From Acidobacteriota bacterium (GTDB lineage: Bacteria; Acidobacteriota; UBA6911; RPQK01; JAJDTT01), in the NCBI GenBank assembly GCA_965217775.1, contig CBDCJH010000002.1, positions 448,001-512,000 on the forward strand: 64,000 nucleotides of DNA, written 5' to 3'. Positions 61,601 to 64,000 of the stretch are shown here, in pieces; the first letter of the stretch is position 1, and each line of letters begins with the position of its first letter. The position numbers and the translations under genes were made by a program. The notes under the pieces are model-generated. The model searched no databases. It worked only from the letters and a program-made list of their open reading frames with translations, and was not told the origin of the DNA.

Positions 61601-62310
61601 TCCCGGCCATCGATCTGGTGGATGGAAAATGCGTGCGGCTGGTTCGGGGCGAGTTCCATCGCAAGACGGTCTACTCGGGGGACCCGGTGGAGCAGGCCTT
61701 GGAATTCCAGGAAGCGGGTCTGCCCCGGATCCATGTGGTGGATCTGGAAGGCGCCCGCTTTGGGGAAGGCCGCAACCGGCCTTCGATCCGCAGGATTCTC
61801 TCTCGGGTGCGGGTGCCCGTCCAGATCGGCGGCGGCATTCGTGAGGCAGCGGATGTCTCCCAGCTCCTGGACTGGGGCGCCGGTCACCTGATCCTGGGCA
61901 CGTCGGTCCTGGAGACTCCGGAAAAGGTAGAGAGGTGGATCTCCAAATGGGGACCCTCTCCCTTCATCGTGAGCGTCGACCTGCGCCGCGGACGTCTCCA
62001 GGCTCAGGGTTGGGAGCGGGAAAGCCGGCTGGCATTGGAGGCGGTGCTCAAGAGAATCTTGGACTGGAGCATCGAACAGATCATCTGCACCGACGTGGAA
62101 CAGGACGGAATGCTCAAGCGGCCCGGGTACGCGGCCTGCCGGAAAATCTTGGGATTGCTGCCCGCTCACGTGCTGCTCGTGGCGGCCGGCGGTGTCACGA
62201 CACCCGGGCATCTTTCCCGGCTCGCTGGCATGGGTGTGGGTGGAGCGATCATCGGCCGCGCCTTCTACGAGGGAAGGATCTCATTGGAGGAGATGGCTGG
62301 TGTTGGCTAA
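61591..62310 (+). CDS. hisA: ProFAR isomerase
   Basis: [27 protein letters not shown]. Confidence 0.95.
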   Translation: MLVIPAIDLVDGKCVRLVRGEFHRKTVYSGDPVEQALEFQEAGLPRIHVVDLEGARFGEGRNRPSIRRILSRVRVPVQIGGGIREAADVSQLLDWGAGHLILGTSVLETPEKVERWISKWGPSPFIVSVDLRRGRLQAQGWERESRLALEAVLKRILDWSIEQIICTDVEQDGMLKRPGYAACRKILGLLPAHVLLVAAGGVTTPGHLSRLAGMGVGGAIIGRAFYEGRISLEEMAGVG

Positions 62311-63079
62311 ACGCATCATTCCCTGCCTCGACGTCGCCGGCGGGCGCGTGGTCAAGGGGATCCATTTCGTGGACCTGAGGGATGCCGGGGACCCGGTCGA
62401 GTTGGGTCGCCGCTATTACCGGGAGGGGGCCGACGAGTTGGTGTTCCTGGACATCACCGCTACGGTCGAGGAACGGAAGACGACCCTGCACTGGGTCCGA
62501 AGAGTCGCCGACTCCATCTTCATTCCCTTCACCGTCGGGGGAGGAATCACCTCTCTGGCGCGGATCCGGGAGCTGCTCCGAGCGGGAGCCGACAAGGTGT
62601 CCATGAACAGCGCCGCGGTCAAGCGGCCGGAGTTGATCCGGGAATCCTCCCGGGCCTTCGGCGCCCAATGCATCGTTCTGGCGGTGGACGTGAAACGGCA
62701 CGGACGGTCCTGGAAGGTCTACATCGGGGGCGGACGCTACGAGACGGAATGGGACGGTCTGGAGTGGATCCAGCGTGGCGCCGAGCTGGGCGCCGGAGAA
62801 ATTCTCCTCACCTCCATGGATCGGGACGGGACCCAGTCCGGATACGACCTGGAGCTGCTGCACAAGGTCGATTCTCTGGTCCGGATTCCGATCATTGCCT
62901 CGGGCGGAGCCGGTTCCCCGCAACATCTCCTGGAGGGGGTCCGGATCGGCCGTGCCGACGCCATACTGGCGGCCAGCATCTTTCACTACGACCAGTATTC
63001 CATCGCCAGCGTGAAGGAGTTCCTGGCGGAACGCGGGATTCCGGTTCGTCCGGTTCCCCGGGCAACCGGGAATTCGTGA
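62300..63079 (+). CDS. hisF: Imidazole glycerol phosphate synthase cyclase subunit
   Basis: [31 protein letters not shown]. Confidence 0.97.
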   Translation: MLAKRIIPCLDVAGGRVVKGIHFVDLRDAGDPVELGRRYYREGADELVFLDITATVEERKTTLHWVRRVADSIFIPFTVGGGITSLARIRELLRAGADKVSMNSAAVKRPELIRESSRAFGAQCIVLAVDVKRHGRSWKVYIGGGRYETEWDGLEWIQRGAELGAGEILLTSMDRDGTQSGYDLELLHKVDSLVRIPIIASGGAGSPQHLLEGVRIGRADAILAASIFHYDQYSIASVKEFLAERGIPVRPVPRATGNS

Positions 63080-63110
63080 GACCGTGCCTTCCCGATGCGG
63101 AGCGGTCTAC

Positions 63111-63240
63111 CCCGCATTTCTCACCAGGTCGCTACGCGTATGATGAAAAATAATCTTTTTTTGAGTATTTACGCAGAATTTGCCAAGGTTTCTCCGGGAC
63201 AGACTGCGCTGGGCGCGTGCCCCCTGGTGAGAAATGCGGG
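63111..63240. mobile_element. MITE family C intact copy
   Basis: Perfect TIR CCCGCATTTCTCACCAGG / CCTGGTGAGAAATGCGGG; CTAC duplicated. Confidence 0.92.
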
Positions 63241-64000
63241 CTACGGCGCACTCCGCGCGTCCAGGTGCCGGCCCGTAATGAACGCTTGGACGAAGGGATC
63301 GGATGAGGAGTAGAGCGCTTCCAGATCTCCCTCGAAGTGAATTCGGCCGTCTCTGAGCAGGATGATCCGGTCGGACACGGTGGCCAGACACTGAAGGTCG
63401 TGGGTGACCACCACCGAGGTGAGGTTGTTCTGGCGGTTCAGCTTGCGGATCAGACGCGACAGCGACTTGCCGATCATGGGATCCACGCCTGCGGTGGGCT
63501 CGTCGTAAAGGATCGCTTCCGGATTCGTGGCGATGGCGCGAGCGATGGCCACCTGCTTCTTGGAGCCCAGGCTCAACTCGTCGTACTCGAGCTCTCCCAT
63601 CCCTTCCAGTTCCACGGCGTCCAACAGCTCTTCGACCCGCTTGTTGATCTTTTCCTCGTTGGCCATGCCCTGTTCCCGCAAGGGATAGGCGATGTTCTCA
63701 CCCACACTGAGGAAATCGAAGACGGCGCCGCTCTGGAACACGTAAGAGACCCGTTTGCGGACGTCCAGCAGGTCACTCTCGCTCATCTCTGCCAAGCTCC
63801 CGCCCTTGAAACGTATCTCGCCCCTGTCCGGCCAGAGCAATCCTACGATGAGCTGGAGCAGGACACTTTTGCCGCCTCCGCTCATGCCCAGGATCCCCAA
63901 GGTTTCGGCGCGGTTGATCTTCAGGCTCAGCCGGCTCAGGACGTTCTGGGGGCCAAAGGATTTGTAGACCTCGTTCAACTCGATGAGGGGAAGGGAAGAG
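63241..64000 (-). CDS. ABC transporter ATP-binding protein (MlaF/Mkl-like); 5' end at or beyond the window edge
   Basis: GMSGGGKS, FQSGAVFD, LYDEPTAGVDP, VVTHD. Confidence 0.88.
   Translation of the reverse strand, partial: SSLPLIELNEVYKSFGPQNVLSRLSLKINRAETLGILGMSGGGKSVLLQLIVGLLWPDRGEIRFKGGSLAEMSESDLLDVRKRVSYVFQSGAVFDFLSVGENIAYPLREQGMANEEKINKRVEELLDAVELEGMGELEYDELSLGSKKQVAIARAIATNPEAILYDEPTAGVDPMIGKSLSRLIRKLNRQNNLTSVVVTHDLQCLATVSDRIILLRDGRIHFEGDLEALYSSSDPFVQAFITGRHLDARSAP

Overview
GC-rich bacterial chromosomal window, most likely Acidobacteriota (inferred from two GWxTD-domain genes, a carboxypeptidase-regulatory-domain TonB receptor and the gene order). Positions 0.1-19.6 kb are accessory: a ceramidase-like hydrolase, two GWxTD paralogs, a six-hairpin glycosidase-like protein, a TonB receptor, two PHP/DUF3604-like hydrolases (one frameshifted), a sulfatase and a YhdT/Na+-symporter pair. 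Positions 20-64 kb are housekeeping: dgt, yceD-rpmF-fabDG-acpP-fabF, 7TM-HD/ybeY/CBS, ribD, thiE, accBC, pilNOPQ, rplM-rpsI-rpsB-tsf-pyrH-frr, pdaD, lepB, carAB, a radical SAM gene, trmJ, korAB and a TrpR-like regulator followed by hisDCBHAF. The most unusual biology is intergenic. Three unrelated MITE-like families (14 two-ended copies with exact or near-exact 4-bp target duplications, often at stop codons) and a GTAG-type REP/REPIN family nest inside each other. The highlight is a 626-nt ORF-less, internally deleted group II intron (40716-41341) inserted exactly in the terminal inverted repeat of a MITE, which itself sits in the loop of a REP hairpin. I saw no transposase, reverse transcriptase, tRNA, rRNA or CRISPR array. 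All coordinates were read by eye.
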